Under the pieces are notes generated by a model. That model saw nothing but the letters and a program-made list of their open reading frames with translations, made no database searches and was not told where the DNA came from. A program made the position numbers and the translations under genes. Of a stretch of DNA of 64,000 bases, positions 18,640 to 28,501 are shown piece by piece; positions within the stretch are counted from its first letter, which is position 1; every line of letters begins with the position of its first letter. This DNA comes from Candidatus Micrarchaeota archaeon (GTDB lineage: Archaea > Micrarchaeota > Micrarchaeia > Anstonellales > JAGGVH01), in NCBI GenBank assembly GCA_021158105.1, contig JAGGVH010000038.1, forward strand, positions 11,387 through 75,386, read 5' to 3'.

Positions 18640-21600
18640 TCATATTATTCTTATTGTTACTGGTTAATCTTACGTTTTCCATACCAATAACACCAGAAAA
18701 CGAAAGCCAACGAATGTGTGGCCAGCCCACAGCATTCCAGACAAACTTGTTCCTGTCAGTCAACAGAACAAATGTTACAATCATAGGAAGTGCGGTCAAC
18801 CTTACAAACATCAGTGACAGGATCGCGCTCGACAATAAACCAATTTTTGTCAAGGCGGTATGTTCAGACGGCAGCACACACCTGTCCTTCATACAAACAG
18901 ACCCTGAAGGAACTGCAATTTATGACTTATCATCATTATCATCATGCTCAAACTGCACAATTGTTTATTTTATATTTTGCCCGAACACTGAAAATGATAC
19001 TGTTCTTAGGGATTGCTTAAATGTTAATAATACTGTTACACTGCCAGCATTGGGTGGTTCTGCATTATACACATTAAATTATACCTCAGATGTCAAATCC
19101 TACAGGTATTGCCCGCCAACTTCTGCTGACATGCCAAAAGAGGCGTGCATGTTAATCATGTTAATGTTCGGCATACTGGGCGGGGCAATATATTTGTCAG
19201 GGTCGTCGCCGTTCAGGTTCTTCACTGTCCCGCGGATGCGGATGCCAAAGACACAGATGTATCAGGTTAAACCGCAGAGTATGAGCTTTACGATGATGAG
19301 TGTTTCAAGCATTGCAGGCAAGGCAGTGGGCGGGCTTGTAAAATTGGCAGGGAAAGGACTCAAAAAGTTGGGCGTCGGAAAAAAGGGTGACAAGGCAACA
19401 AAAAAAGAAGCTGCTGCAGACCAACCCGAACAGTATAAACCCAAAACGATCTTTGGTAAAGTTTTACAAAACTATAGTGGGTTTGTTGGCATGGTGAACA
19501 TGGCAACAAAAGGAACAATCGGAAAGATTGATATCACTGGAGGTGGGAGAAGCAAAGTAGACAGCAACAGGTTAGCTGCACTTGGCATGGCAGCATTTGC
19601 ACAGGAAGGTGGGATAAACTTTGGCGGAAAAGCATTTAGTGGTGATGTTACAAAGATAAGTGAAAAAATCATTGCAATGATTATTGCAATGATTAAAAAA
19701 ATTCTTGGCATGCTTTTAATGGCACTCTTACCACGACTGTTGGCGTTTTGTCCATTGACAGCAGGAATTGCGGGTTCATTGGAAGGCACCAGTGATTTTC
19801 TGGAAGGTGTGTCATCTTTTTTCAGGTCAGTCGGACTGGGAAAAGCAGCAGATTTTATTGACAAAAACATGGTGAGTAAGATAAGGGGGATATTTAGGTT
19901 GTGGGGCTTGCTTGATAAGTTAGAAGATTTATGCTTAGGCATTGAAACAAGAAAAGGTATGAAATGGTTGGAAGAAATTGCAAAAGGAGTGGAACTTCCT
20001 GAGGAAATTCAAAAGAAACTCAAAAATGGCGAAGCCCTCAGTGACAATGACCTTGAAGAAATAAACAAAAAAATAGAAGACAAAGGATATAAAATGGATA
20101 TGAAGGATGGTTATTTCATTATTCAACACAGAAACTCAAAAGGGAAATGGAAAACTGTCAAACTAGCAAAAGAAGACTTTTCACGTATGCTCAGGATTAT
20201 GCCTGATGACATGCGTGATGCATTACAACCTTTAATAGAATCAATGATCGTAATGTTGGACAAAGGTGCATTCTTAGACAAGTTTGATGCTAAAAATATT
20301 GGTAAGATGAAAGAATGGATTGACAACTTTTCAGAAAAGTATAACAATGCAAAAACAGATAAAAATAAAGAAAAAGTGCTCAATGAATTCAAAAAGAAAT
20401 TGAGAGCACTGGGACTGAACGCAGATGACCCAACTTCAATGGGATTTGAATTTGCAGAGCTCGCAGTAAAAGCAGTAATGGGCGAGAAGGACCAAAACGG
20501 AAAACAGATAACCAGTGATACTGTAATAAATGCGATTGAAAATGCTAAGCAATCCTTAAACCTGAACACTCCCATTGTTGCCATATTATTTGGAAATGCA
20601 TTGAATGCTGCACAAGAAGTAAAAGAATTAGGACTGGGCCATCAGTATTCGGCAGCAGAAGTTGAGAGGAAGATTGATAATGCAAAAGAAGCGATTGAAA
20701 AACTGAAAAAGGAGATTGAACTGCAGACAGACATAATTGACAAAATCAAGAACTCAGATGATATGATAGATTTTGCCATTGCATTAAGAATTAGGGAAAA
20801 GATTGAAGAATTAGAGAGTAAGAAAGAGGCACATACACTATCTGATGATGAAAAGAAAGAATTGGAAAAATATGAGAAGATGTTGGCAGGCAATAAATTC
20901 AAAGATTATTCCATTGATGACTTAAAAGGTATGGAAAAAATTGTCAAAGAAAAGTTCTCTGATGGGTTGCAGCTTGCAGACAGTATTGCAGGTGCAATCA
21001 TTGACAAAAACATTGGTGTAAAACCTGAATTCTCAGACAGTGAGATAACACAGCTGAAAAACAAGCTAAGCAGTATGACAAAAGAAATACGTAAAAATGA
21101 TGTTTTTGAATATGGACTTACTGATAAAAGGGAAGAAATTAATATGTATAAAAAAGACATAAAAGATGCTGAGAAGTTTGCGAAGGGAAGAAGAAATGGT
21201 GAAAAGTTTGCTAATACATTTAAAATTGAAAGCCCAACCGCTCCACCAATCACTGTCAACTTTGATGAATACATTGACAAATTGAAGAAAGACAAGGCTG
21301 AAGCACTTGCCACTGGCGATAGTGCAAAAGCACAAGAGATAGAAACTAAAATAAAAAATGCATATTCAGAAAAGGCCAAACAGTTGCAAGACAGGTATGC
21401 AAAACTTCTCAGTAAACTGGGAAAAGCAGAAGGTGCAAAGCAGCTTAAGATTTGTGGTGAACTTTCAGCACTTGAAGAGGCAATGTACAGTCTTCAGCAA
21501 GACGGAACAACAAACTATTACGAAAACAAGATTGAAGAACTTAAACAGCAAATGATTGATTCACAAAGTAAAGGAGATATAGGAACATATCTGCAAACAC

Positions 21601-23645
21601 AGATAGATATCAGAAAATTAGAAGATGAAATGGACAAAACATTGGGCGGACCAAATAACTATGTTGACATGCAAAAATATAGGATAAACGCGATAACTAC
21701 AACTATCGGGCAATATGATGCATCACTGTTTGGCGTTTCAATCATAAGAGCATTGGACACCAGCAGCAAGGAAAGGTCGCAGTTGTTAGAACAAAAAGGC
21801 AGACTGGTTCAGAACAAGACATTGATTAAACAACAACTTGATAATATTAAACAGCTAAAACAAGTAATGTATGACACACCTTTTGCCCAGGAAAAGATAA
21901 AACAACTTGACATGGAAGAAAAAGAACTAACCAAACAATTGAAAGACATCGATTCAAAAATAGATAAGATTGATATCAAAATAAGTGCAATTGACAGCAA
22001 AGGCTCCACTGCAGCAGTTGCATGGGCAAACTCGTCATACATGCTGAGTACATATGAACTGACCAAGCATAGTCCAATGGAGGACTATTCAAAAGAGGAA
22101 AAAATTAATGTGTTGAAAACTGGCGCGTTCACTGACACATTTAATTCATACTCTCAGATTTACAACCAAACAGCAAACGACCCGTTGCTTTCTCAAACTT
22201 ATGCAAATTATATAGGATATATGACAACTGAAAACTTTATTGATTATTCTGAAAGGTTAAAAGATTCTGCAAAATGGGTTAATGAACAAACGCAAAAGAT
22301 TGAAAAAGTAAACAAAGAATTTAACACTGAAAAAGAAGACATCCTGAAGTCAGCACAAGAGATTGCCAGCAAACAAAAAGAAGTCATAACAACAACCGCA
22401 AACATACCTTGGGGCAGGATTGAACAGCAAAGAGAAACAATAGAAAACTTAAAAACACAAAGGGACGAACTGGCACAACAGAACAAGGAGATAAGAGAAA
22501 GGTTGGATACAATACAAACAGAAAAAGAAAAATTGGTTTTCATGATCGCCACATCCCCCCAACCCCAAAAAATAAGAGACAAGATTGATAAACTTAAAAA
22601 GGAAGAGCAAGACCTGCAAAAGCAGTGGGAAGACAACGATTCAGAGATTGACAGGATTGATATTGAGATAAACGCAATAAACACCAAGATAAATGATGCA
22701 ACAGAACCTCTCAATAAACTAGAAAAAGAAATAAGAAATGCGCAAACTGATTTAAGCAAGAAAGTAACAACAATTGATGTTGAAGTTAATGAAAGTTTGT
22801 TTGAAAATGAGGTATGGTATGCAACTGAAATAGTAGAAGCTGTTGAATATAAATCAAAAAGTGAAGAAAAAATATTTAGTAATATAATCACTCCTGGTGT
22901 TACTACACAGTACAGAAAAATTGGTGATGAGATAAGAAAGATAAGGGACAACTTTGAAAGTGTGAAAGAAAATGGCGGCGGGGCAATCAGTGCAGATATT
23001 TCAAGCAAACTTGCAACTACGATAATAACTGCTGACAAGGCATACTCACAAACAATATCTGCAATATATCTAAATGAACATCCAACAGGTAGCATGTTGG
23101 AAGTATTAGGTATAAAGAATGTTAGGAGTAAAGAGAAATGGTTTAAGAACTTTAATAAGAGTGCAAAGAGGATCAGTTTGGGCATTAAAAACACTTTGCA
23201 GAACATACTTGACAGTAATGTTGCCAGCAACACAATCAATTTAGAAGAAGGATTGGCTCAGAATAAAGAATTGAACAAAAAATTAGAGGACGCTCAGGCT
23301 CATGGTGATGAAACAGAAGTTGAGCAACTTGAAACAAAAATAAAAGAAGTCGACGCTCAAAACCAGTCAATACTAACAGAATTGAACAGCACCCTTAGAG
23401 GAGAAGGTTCCCAGCTGGAGCGGTTGACAAACATAAACATAGAATCAAAGATACTTGTAAACAGCACAAAGTCGCCAGCATCATCATGGAGAGAATGGAA
23501 TGAAATAAGGGAAGGGTGGATCAGGGGTGCACCAAGATTAGATACTGAAACAGTTAAACGTAAGAACGAAACTACTGATGAACATGATAAACCTGTAGCA
23601 AAAGGAAAAAATGGAAAACAGTCTTCATCTTCTGACAAGGGGTGA
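18576..23645 (+). CDS. Giant (1689 aa) signal-anchored protein: glycosylated ectodomain, TM, Gly/Lys-rich linker and ~1300-aa E/K-rich coiled coil
   Basis: N-terminal RTWRSILIILFLLLLVNLTF signal anchor. NxT/S-rich ~170-aa ectodomain. TM ACMLIMLMFGILGGAIYL. Long heptad-like E/K region with internal repeats (IDKIDIKISAIDSK / IDRIDIEINAINTK). The start overlaps the previous ORF by 64 nt. Confidence 0.65.
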   Translation: MQRDSGKGKRKRSNRTWRSILIILFLLLLVNLTFSIPITPENESQRMCGQPTAFQTNLFLSVNRTNVTIIGSAVNLTNISDRIALDNKPIFVKAVCSDGSTHLSFIQTDPEGTAIYDLSSLSSCSNCTIVYFIFCPNTENDTVLRDCLNVNNTVTLPALGGSALYTLNYTSDVKSYRYCPPTSADMPKEACMLIMLMFGILGGAIYLSGSSPFRFFTVPRMRMPKTQMYQVKPQSMSFTMMSVSSIAGKAVGGLVKLAGKGLKKLGVGKKGDKATKKEAAADQPEQYKPKTIFGKVLQNYSGFVGMVNMATKGTIGKIDITGGGRSKVDSNRLAALGMAAFAQEGGINFGGKAFSGDVTKISEKIIAMIIAMIKKILGMLLMALLPRLLAFCPLTAGIAGSLEGTSDFLEGVSSFFRSVGLGKAADFIDKNMVSKIRGIFRLWGLLDKLEDLCLGIETRKGMKWLEEIAKGVELPEEIQKKLKNGEALSDNDLEEINKKIEDKGYKMDMKDGYFIIQHRNSKGKWKTVKLAKEDFSRMLRIMPDDMRDALQPLIESMIVMLDKGAFLDKFDAKNIGKMKEWIDNFSEKYNNAKTDKNKEKVLNEFKKKLRALGLNADDPTSMGFEFAELAVKAVMGEKDQNGKQITSDTVINAIENAKQSLNLNTPIVAILFGNALNAAQEVKELGLGHQYSAAEVERKIDNAKEAIEKLKKEIELQTDIIDKIKNSDDMIDFAIALRIREKIEELESKKEAHTLSDDEKKELEKYEKMLAGNKFKDYSIDDLKGMEKIVKEKFSDGLQLADSIAGAIIDKNIGVKPEFSDSEITQLKNKLSSMTKEIRKNDVFEYGLTDKREEINMYKKDIKDAEKFAKGRRNGEKFANTFKIESPTAPPITVNFDEYIDKLKKDKAEALATGDSAKAQEIETKIKNAYSEKAKQLQDRYAKLLSKLGKAEGAKQLKICGELSALEEAMYSLQQDGTTNYYENKIEELKQQMIDSQSKGDIGTYLQTQIDIRKLEDEMDKTLGGPNNYVDMQKYRINAITTTIGQYDASLFGVSIIRALDTSSKERSQLLEQKGRLVQNKTLIKQQLDNIKQLKQVMYDTPFAQEKIKQLDMEEKELTKQLKDIDSKIDKIDIKISAIDSKGSTAAVAWANSSYMLSTYELTKHSPMEDYSKEEKINVLKTGAFTDTFNSYSQIYNQTANDPLLSQTYANYIGYMTTENFIDYSERLKDSAKWVNEQTQKIEKVNKEFNTEKEDILKSAQEIASKQKEVITTTANIPWGRIEQQRETIENLKTQRDELAQQNKEIRERLDTIQTEKEKLVFMIATSPQPQKIRDKIDKLKKEEQDLQKQWEDNDSEIDRIDIEINAINTKINDATEPLNKLEKEIRNAQTDLSKKVTTIDVEVNESLFENEVWYATEIVEAVEYKSKSEEKIFSNIITPGVTTQYRKIGDEIRKIRDNFESVKENGGGAISADISSKLATTIITADKAYSQTISAIYLNEHPTGSMLEVLGIKNVRSKEKWFKNFNKSAKRISLGIKNTLQNILDSNVASNTINLEEGLAQNKELNKKLEDAQAHGDETEVEQLETKIKEVDAQNQSILTELNSTLRGEGSQLERLTNINIESKILVNSTKSPASSWREWNEIREGWIRGAPRLDTETVKRKNETTDEHDKPVAKGKNGKQSSSSDKG

Positions 23646-23649
23646 TTGA

Positions 23650-24450
23650 ATGATTTCAAACAAGATGGTAGTATATGCGCTGTTGCTCATTGCAATAGCT
23701 ACTTTATTGTTATCATTCTACATTGGCGGCGCAATACCTTTCCTGTTCCCGTTGAACCTGATTTTGGTCCTGATAGCGCTTGCACTGTGGAAATTCGGTT
23801 ATCTGTTCACCCCAATATTGGGTGGAGTGATAAGGTCAGACATTCAGATTGGGAAATATGAAATATTGCCAAGCTTAGACGGGATATACCGAAAAGCAAA
23901 CGGGCAATATTATGTTTCAAAATTCTTGACAGCCAACATTTATGAGTCAACAACTGAAAAGACTGAAAGCCAGAAAGGGTTGATGATGGAATATTTTGAA
24001 CGTGCGATAACATCGTTTAAATATCCTGTCAAGATCTCAATGCTTGTTAGAAACATTGACCTTACAAAAAAGCTTGAAGAACTGCGCGCTGAACGTAGCA
24101 GGCTTGAAACACGGAAGGGACACCTAGCAAATGATAACCCACAAAAGAACGCTCCACAGATCTCAATCATTGACAGGAAGATTGCCATGGTTAACAAGGA
24201 ACTTGAAAGACTGACGACTGGCGATAAACCAATGGAAGTTGTATCGCTGATAATGATAACTGCAAAAGGCGCAGGCATTGATGAAGCTAAGATGAAAGCT
24301 GAAGCGCACGCAAAAGAAGTTCAAGCAGTAGTAGGCAACGCATTAGGTGTGGAGGTGTTGCCGTTGAGGGGTAATGAAATGTTGAAAGCGTTTGACTTTC
24401 AATTTTTTATCCCGAGCGACAGTGGAGAGTTTACTGACATGCTTGAATAA
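23650..24450 (+). CDS. VirB3-like small membrane protein (2 N-terminal TM + cytoplasmic domain), immediately upstream of the VirB4-like ATPase
   Basis: Two adjacent hydrophobic helices at aa 7-60, then a charged coiled region. Shine-Dalgarno AGGGGTGA. The position and topology match VirB3/CedA1-type partners of VirB4-family ATPases. Confidence 0.5.
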   Translation: MISNKMVVYALLLIAIATLLLSFYIGGAIPFLFPLNLILVLIALALWKFGYLFTPILGGVIRSDIQIGKYEILPSLDGIYRKANGQYYVSKFLTANIYESTTEKTESQKGLMMEYFERAITSFKYPVKISMLVRNIDLTKKLEELRAERSRLETRKGHLANDNPQKNAPQISIIDRKIAMVNKELERLTTGDKPMEVVSLIMITAKGAGIDEAKMKAEAHAKEVQAVVGNALGVEVLPLRGNEMLKAFDFQFFIPSDSGEFTDMLE

Positions 24451-24483
24451 CCACAAACATTGTAGACAAGACAAGGTGGAAAC

Positions 24484-26016
24484 ATGTATCTCAAACCTAA
24501 TAAGATTATAAGTTCAAAACTTGCAATGAGGCGGATTTGGGTCCATCCCCCTGAACCTCCAAAGAGTTTTCTGCTCAGTGATCCCGCAAAGGGTGTATAT
24601 CTAACAAAAACTAAACTGTTCAATGTCCCATTCTTCTGGGATTTTAGGAAACTTATAAACCCCCACATCGCAGTCGTTGGAGTTACTGGTGCTGGCAAGT
24701 CATACCTAGTAAAAACATTCCTGACCCGTGCAAACCTGACATGGAACACTAATGCAATGATAATTGACTGGGTCGGAGAATACAATGACTGGGTTAAACA
24801 GACCGGCGGTCATACTTTGCATTTTGGCAGGGGCGAATACCTTAATTTATTAGACCTGGCAGGCATGAAACCAATACAAAGAGTTAAACAGATCATCAGC
24901 GCATTAGAGATATTGACGGACATTGGAAAGTATCCTGTCCAGAAAAGGTTTACAGAAGATGCACTGATGAACACATACAAAAATCACGGGTTTGAACTTA
25001 CAAAAAAATCTAATAATAAACCGCCAGTGTTGTCAGATGTTATAAAAGAACTTGAGAAGATTAAAAACAAACAGAAAACTGAAAAGAAAAAGGATGACGT
25101 TCAAGAATGCATCCACAGGTTAAAACCCATGACAATAAAAGGTAATGATTACTTTGCACACCATTCAACCATCAACCTTGACAAGATCATAAAGATGGGG
25201 CTTGTCAACATCGACCTTCACGAACTACCATCAGAAGAGATGAGGAGTTTGGCAGGGCTAACCATCCTCCAGATGTTAAAAGAAAAGATGAGGTTTGAGG
25301 GTTGGTCGCCTGAGAAGGGATTAAAACTGTTCATTGTTGCTGACGAGGCATGGAAGATTGCAAAAGATGACAGGAGCGACCTGATAACCATTGTCAGAGA
25401 AGGAAGGAAGTACCAGTTCGGACTGATCGTGGCCAGTCAAAATCCTACTGACATTCACAAGGATATATTTTCAAACGTTGGCACATTGTTCATAATGAGG
25501 TTAATGTTTAAGGAATTTAAGGAGCATGTGCGGTCATCATTACACTATTCTGATTACATTGCAGAACAGATTGACAAGCTTGGTGTGGGCGAATCGATTG
25601 TATACTTGGGTTATGCACAAAAAACTGATTTTAGCAATGTTGTAATATTAAACAAGATTGATGGTGAAGAGCCTTTAATAAATTATACATTAAAAGGTGA
25701 TAAGATGGAAGTTACATTTATGAAAGAGAAATTTAAAAGACAATTAAAAGAGTTTGGACTGAACACGCAACAGATTAAAAATGTATGTGCAATGTTTGAA
25801 GAGCATGACAATGTAATCCATGTGCTACAACTGATTGAACAGCTTGAGAAGTATGGTTTCGGTCCGTCGTTAATCATAACATTCATGAGGGAATTGGGGC
25901 TAAAAGAAGGTGAACTGATCCCGTTATTCTCAAGATTGCAAAGGAAAAAGATGGGTATAGAGTCTGACAAACTTGTACGGTTGGTGGTTGAAGATGAAGA
26001 AACTAAAGAAAAGTAA
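24484..26016 (+). CDS. VirB4/TrbE/CedB-like (HerA-FtsK superfamily, DUF87) secretion/transfer ATPase
   Basis: Walker A VVGVTGAGKSYLVK. Walker B KLFIVADEAWK. The REGRKYQFGLIVASQNP (R-finger/SQ) region is typical of VirB4/HerA ATPases. Shine-Dalgarno AAGGTGGA. Confidence 0.75.
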   Translation: MYLKPNKIISSKLAMRRIWVHPPEPPKSFLLSDPAKGVYLTKTKLFNVPFFWDFRKLINPHIAVVGVTGAGKSYLVKTFLTRANLTWNTNAMIIDWVGEYNDWVKQTGGHTLHFGRGEYLNLLDLAGMKPIQRVKQIISALEILTDIGKYPVQKRFTEDALMNTYKNHGFELTKKSNNKPPVLSDVIKELEKIKNKQKTEKKKDDVQECIHRLKPMTIKGNDYFAHHSTINLDKIIKMGLVNIDLHELPSEEMRSLAGLTILQMLKEKMRFEGWSPEKGLKLFIVADEAWKIAKDDRSDLITIVREGRKYQFGLIVASQNPTDIHKDIFSNVGTLFIMRLMFKEFKEHVRSSLHYSDYIAEQIDKLGVGESIVYLGYAQKTDFSNVVILNKIDGEEPLINYTLKGDKMEVTFMKEKFKRQLKEFGLNTQQIKNVCAMFEEHDNVIHVLQLIEQLEKYGFGPSLIITFMRELGLKEGELIPLFSRLQRKKMGIESDKLVRLVVEDEETKEK

Positions 26017-26761
26017 AGATATTAAGAAAGTTAAAGCATCTAAGAATACTGAAAAAAACACAGTGAAAGAAAATGTCATAACACTCACCGGCAAACGTAT
26101 TAAGAGCATTAATGAACTTAAGAATGCAATTGAAAAATTAGGGTTCAGAGAAATTGACATCAAAAAGAATGTAATGACGGTTAAAGTTGTTGAGAGGGAA
26201 ACCATCAAAGGCGCTCCCTACCTTTACATATCAATCACATTCGAACCTGACAAAATGGTTGTAGAATACAATGTTCCAAAAGATTACAGTAAAAATCTTA
26301 GGGCTTTTGAAGTCGCAAGCTTGCTGCTCAGGATATTGCTCCTAACAAAAGCATATGACATTAAAAGCGAAAAGATATACAAAATGATATTTGACGTGTT
26401 TGACACTGTCAACGAGATATTAACAAAGGATTATGTCAAACTTAAGAGCAGATATGACAACCTTGCCGAGGAGCACAGAAAACTTAAAATGCAATTTGAT
26501 GAAACTGAAAAGATAAACAGAAAGATCAACAAGACGATGTTAGAAATTGAAAAACGAAACCAAGAATTTGAAGAAAGGATTAAAAAGCTTGAAAGTGTAA
26601 GTAATGAAACACTTGAAGAGATGTTGATAGACTGGTTAAAAACAAACAGTGGCAGGATTAATGTTTATGAGTTCTCAAAAGTCAACAACATTTCGTCCCC
26701 CAGAGTTGAAGAAGGGTTGGATATATTAATGAAGAAAGGTGTCATTGAAAAGGTTGAATAA
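25973..26761 (+). CDS. Coiled-coil protein with C-terminal winged-helix-like domain; start uncertain (overlaps the ATPase 3' end)
   Basis: Lys-rich N-terminus, central coiled coil and a C-terminal region (SPRVEEGLDILMKKGVIEKVE) resembling a wHTH. Confidence 0.4.
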   Translation: MYGWWLKMKKLKKSKDIKKVKASKNTEKNTVKENVITLTGKRIKSINELKNAIEKLGFREIDIKKNVMTVKVVERETIKGAPYLYISITFEPDKMVVEYNVPKDYSKNLRAFEVASLLLRILLLTKAYDIKSEKIYKMIFDVFDTVNEILTKDYVKLKSRYDNLAEEHRKLKMQFDETEKINRKINKTMLEIEKRNQEFEERIKKLESVSNETLEEMLIDWLKTNSGRINVYEFSKVNNISSPRVEEGLDILMKKGVIEKVE

Positions 26762-26911
26762 GTGGTAAGTATGGGCAAATGTTTGAAGTTTAGGTTGCTA
26801 TCATCAGAAAAGGTTTCAAGAGTGTTCATCGTCAAAGAAACAAAACAAAACCTGTTCCAGAAACTTGTTTCATTGTTCAAAAAAACTGAATAAAAGTAAA
26901 AGGTGTGTTGA

Positions 26912-28474
26912 ATGGCAGTCATAAGATATCAAAAGGAATATGTTGATAAAATATTGGGCGATTATTCTATACTCCCAGAATTGGGCGTCCAAGTCGAAAC
27001 TGAGAAAGATGAAAACAAAGGAGTTGAAGAGGTCGAGTTTGAAATCACACCTGACAGGCCAGACATGTTAAGCATTTATGGGTTACGCAGACTGCTCGAC
27101 GTATATAAAACTAAAAAGCCAAGGTTGTATGAACTAGAATCAAAAAAACCATACGGTGAAATAATCATTGACCCTTCTGTTAAAGACATCAGACCGTACA
27201 TTGTCGGTGCAGTAGTCAAAGGGGTTGACATATCAGATGATGATTTGAAAGATTTAATGCAGTTTCAGGAAAAGATTCATACAACATACGGCAGAAAACG
27301 AAGGAAGATAGCGATCGGGATACACAACTTGTCAGTTATAGAGTTTCCTGTAACTTATCGCAAGGATAAGCTTGACAGGGTAGTCTTCACACCGTTAGAA
27401 GAAACAAAAAAGATGACTGGGGAGGACGTTGTTAACAAGACTGAAAAGGGCAAAGCATACGCGCACCTGACAAAAGACGGTGAAGCAGTATTTGTTTTTG
27501 ATAAGAAAGGGGTAGTTTCACTGCCGCCGATAATCAACGCAGACAGGACCAAACTTACCCCGGGAAAGCAGGACATATTTATTGATATGACTGGCACCGA
27601 CCTTAATGCATTAACCAAAGGACTGAACATGATCGTAACAATATTATCTGAGATGGGTGGCAGGATTGAACCTGTAAAGGTAAACGGTGAAATATATCCA
27701 AAACTAACTTACAATAAATACAACATCCCAAAAAAATACATTGACATGTTTATCGATAAGAAACTAAAAGATAATGAAATCAAAAAACTTCTGATGTCTA
27801 TGGATTGGGTAGTTAAAGGCGATTATGTATGCTCGCAACCATACAGGACAGACATCATAAGCGAGGTTGACATTGCTGAAGACGTATTGATCGCATACGG
27901 CTACAAAAATATAACGCCGGAATATCCTAACCTTCCAACAATAGGCAAACAGAAAAAAGAACACATATTCCACAAAATATTAACAGGATTAGGGTTCCTT
28001 GAAATCAAGACATGGACGTTGACCAACGAGACCAAGCTCAAGAATGCAAACACAACAAGCAAAGAACTCATAAAAATATTAAACCCGCTGAGTGAAGAGT
28101 TCACTGTATTCAGGCCAACACTGCTCCCGGGAATATTAACCGTCCTGAATGAAAGCAAGAAGGTTGCAATGCCTCATAAAATTTATGAGCTTGGCGTGGT
28201 TGCACCCCCAGAGAGAGAAATGTTGGGTGTTGGCATGTGCTACCCAGGCGCAACATTTTCACACATCCGTTCCATCGTTCAATCACTTATAACAGAAACA
28301 GGTGTTAATGCAGAAATCAAGGAACATGATGACAACAGATTTATCCCTGGAAGGTGCGCAGTTGTAATGATAAATGGTAAAAGGTATGGTGTGTTTGGCG
28401 AAATTCATCCTTTAATCATTGAACGGTTTGGCATAGAACAACCTGTGTTATACTTTGAAACAGAATTATGGTAA
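26912..28474 (+). CDS. pheT: Phenylalanine--tRNA ligase beta subunit (archaeal type)
   Basis: Archaeal PheT-like length, with B3/4 and B5-like regions and a catalytic-like C-terminal fold (FTVFRPTLLPGIL, YELGVV). Confidence 0.65.
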   Translation: MAVIRYQKEYVDKILGDYSILPELGVQVETEKDENKGVEEVEFEITPDRPDMLSIYGLRRLLDVYKTKKPRLYELESKKPYGEIIIDPSVKDIRPYIVGAVVKGVDISDDDLKDLMQFQEKIHTTYGRKRRKIAIGIHNLSVIEFPVTYRKDKLDRVVFTPLEETKKMTGEDVVNKTEKGKAYAHLTKDGEAVFVFDKKGVVSLPPIINADRTKLTPGKQDIFIDMTGTDLNALTKGLNMIVTILSEMGGRIEPVKVNGEIYPKLTYNKYNIPKKYIDMFIDKKLKDNEIKKLLMSMDWVVKGDYVCSQPYRTDIISEVDIAEDVLIAYGYKNITPEYPNLPTIGKQKKEHIFHKILTGLGFLEIKTWTLTNETKLKNANTTSKELIKILNPLSEEFTVFRPTLLPGILTVLNESKKVAMPHKIYELGVVAPPEREMLGVGMCYPGATFSHIRSIVQSLITETGVNAEIKEHDDNRFIPGRCAVVMINGKRYGVFGEIHPLIIERFGIEQPVLYFETELW

Positions 28475-28501
28475 ACCACAATCAAAATTTAAGGTGATTA
28501 A

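Noticed and set aside
19262-23239. Several long antisense ORFs (e.g. 19472..19942, 20123..20584, 20906..21379 and 22244..23239, all on the - strand)
   Set aside because: These are shadow ORFs inside the repetitive E/K-rich coiled-coil coding region. They are Ser/Phe/Leu-rich with low complexity, no starts with an RBS, and lie fully within a better-supported gene.
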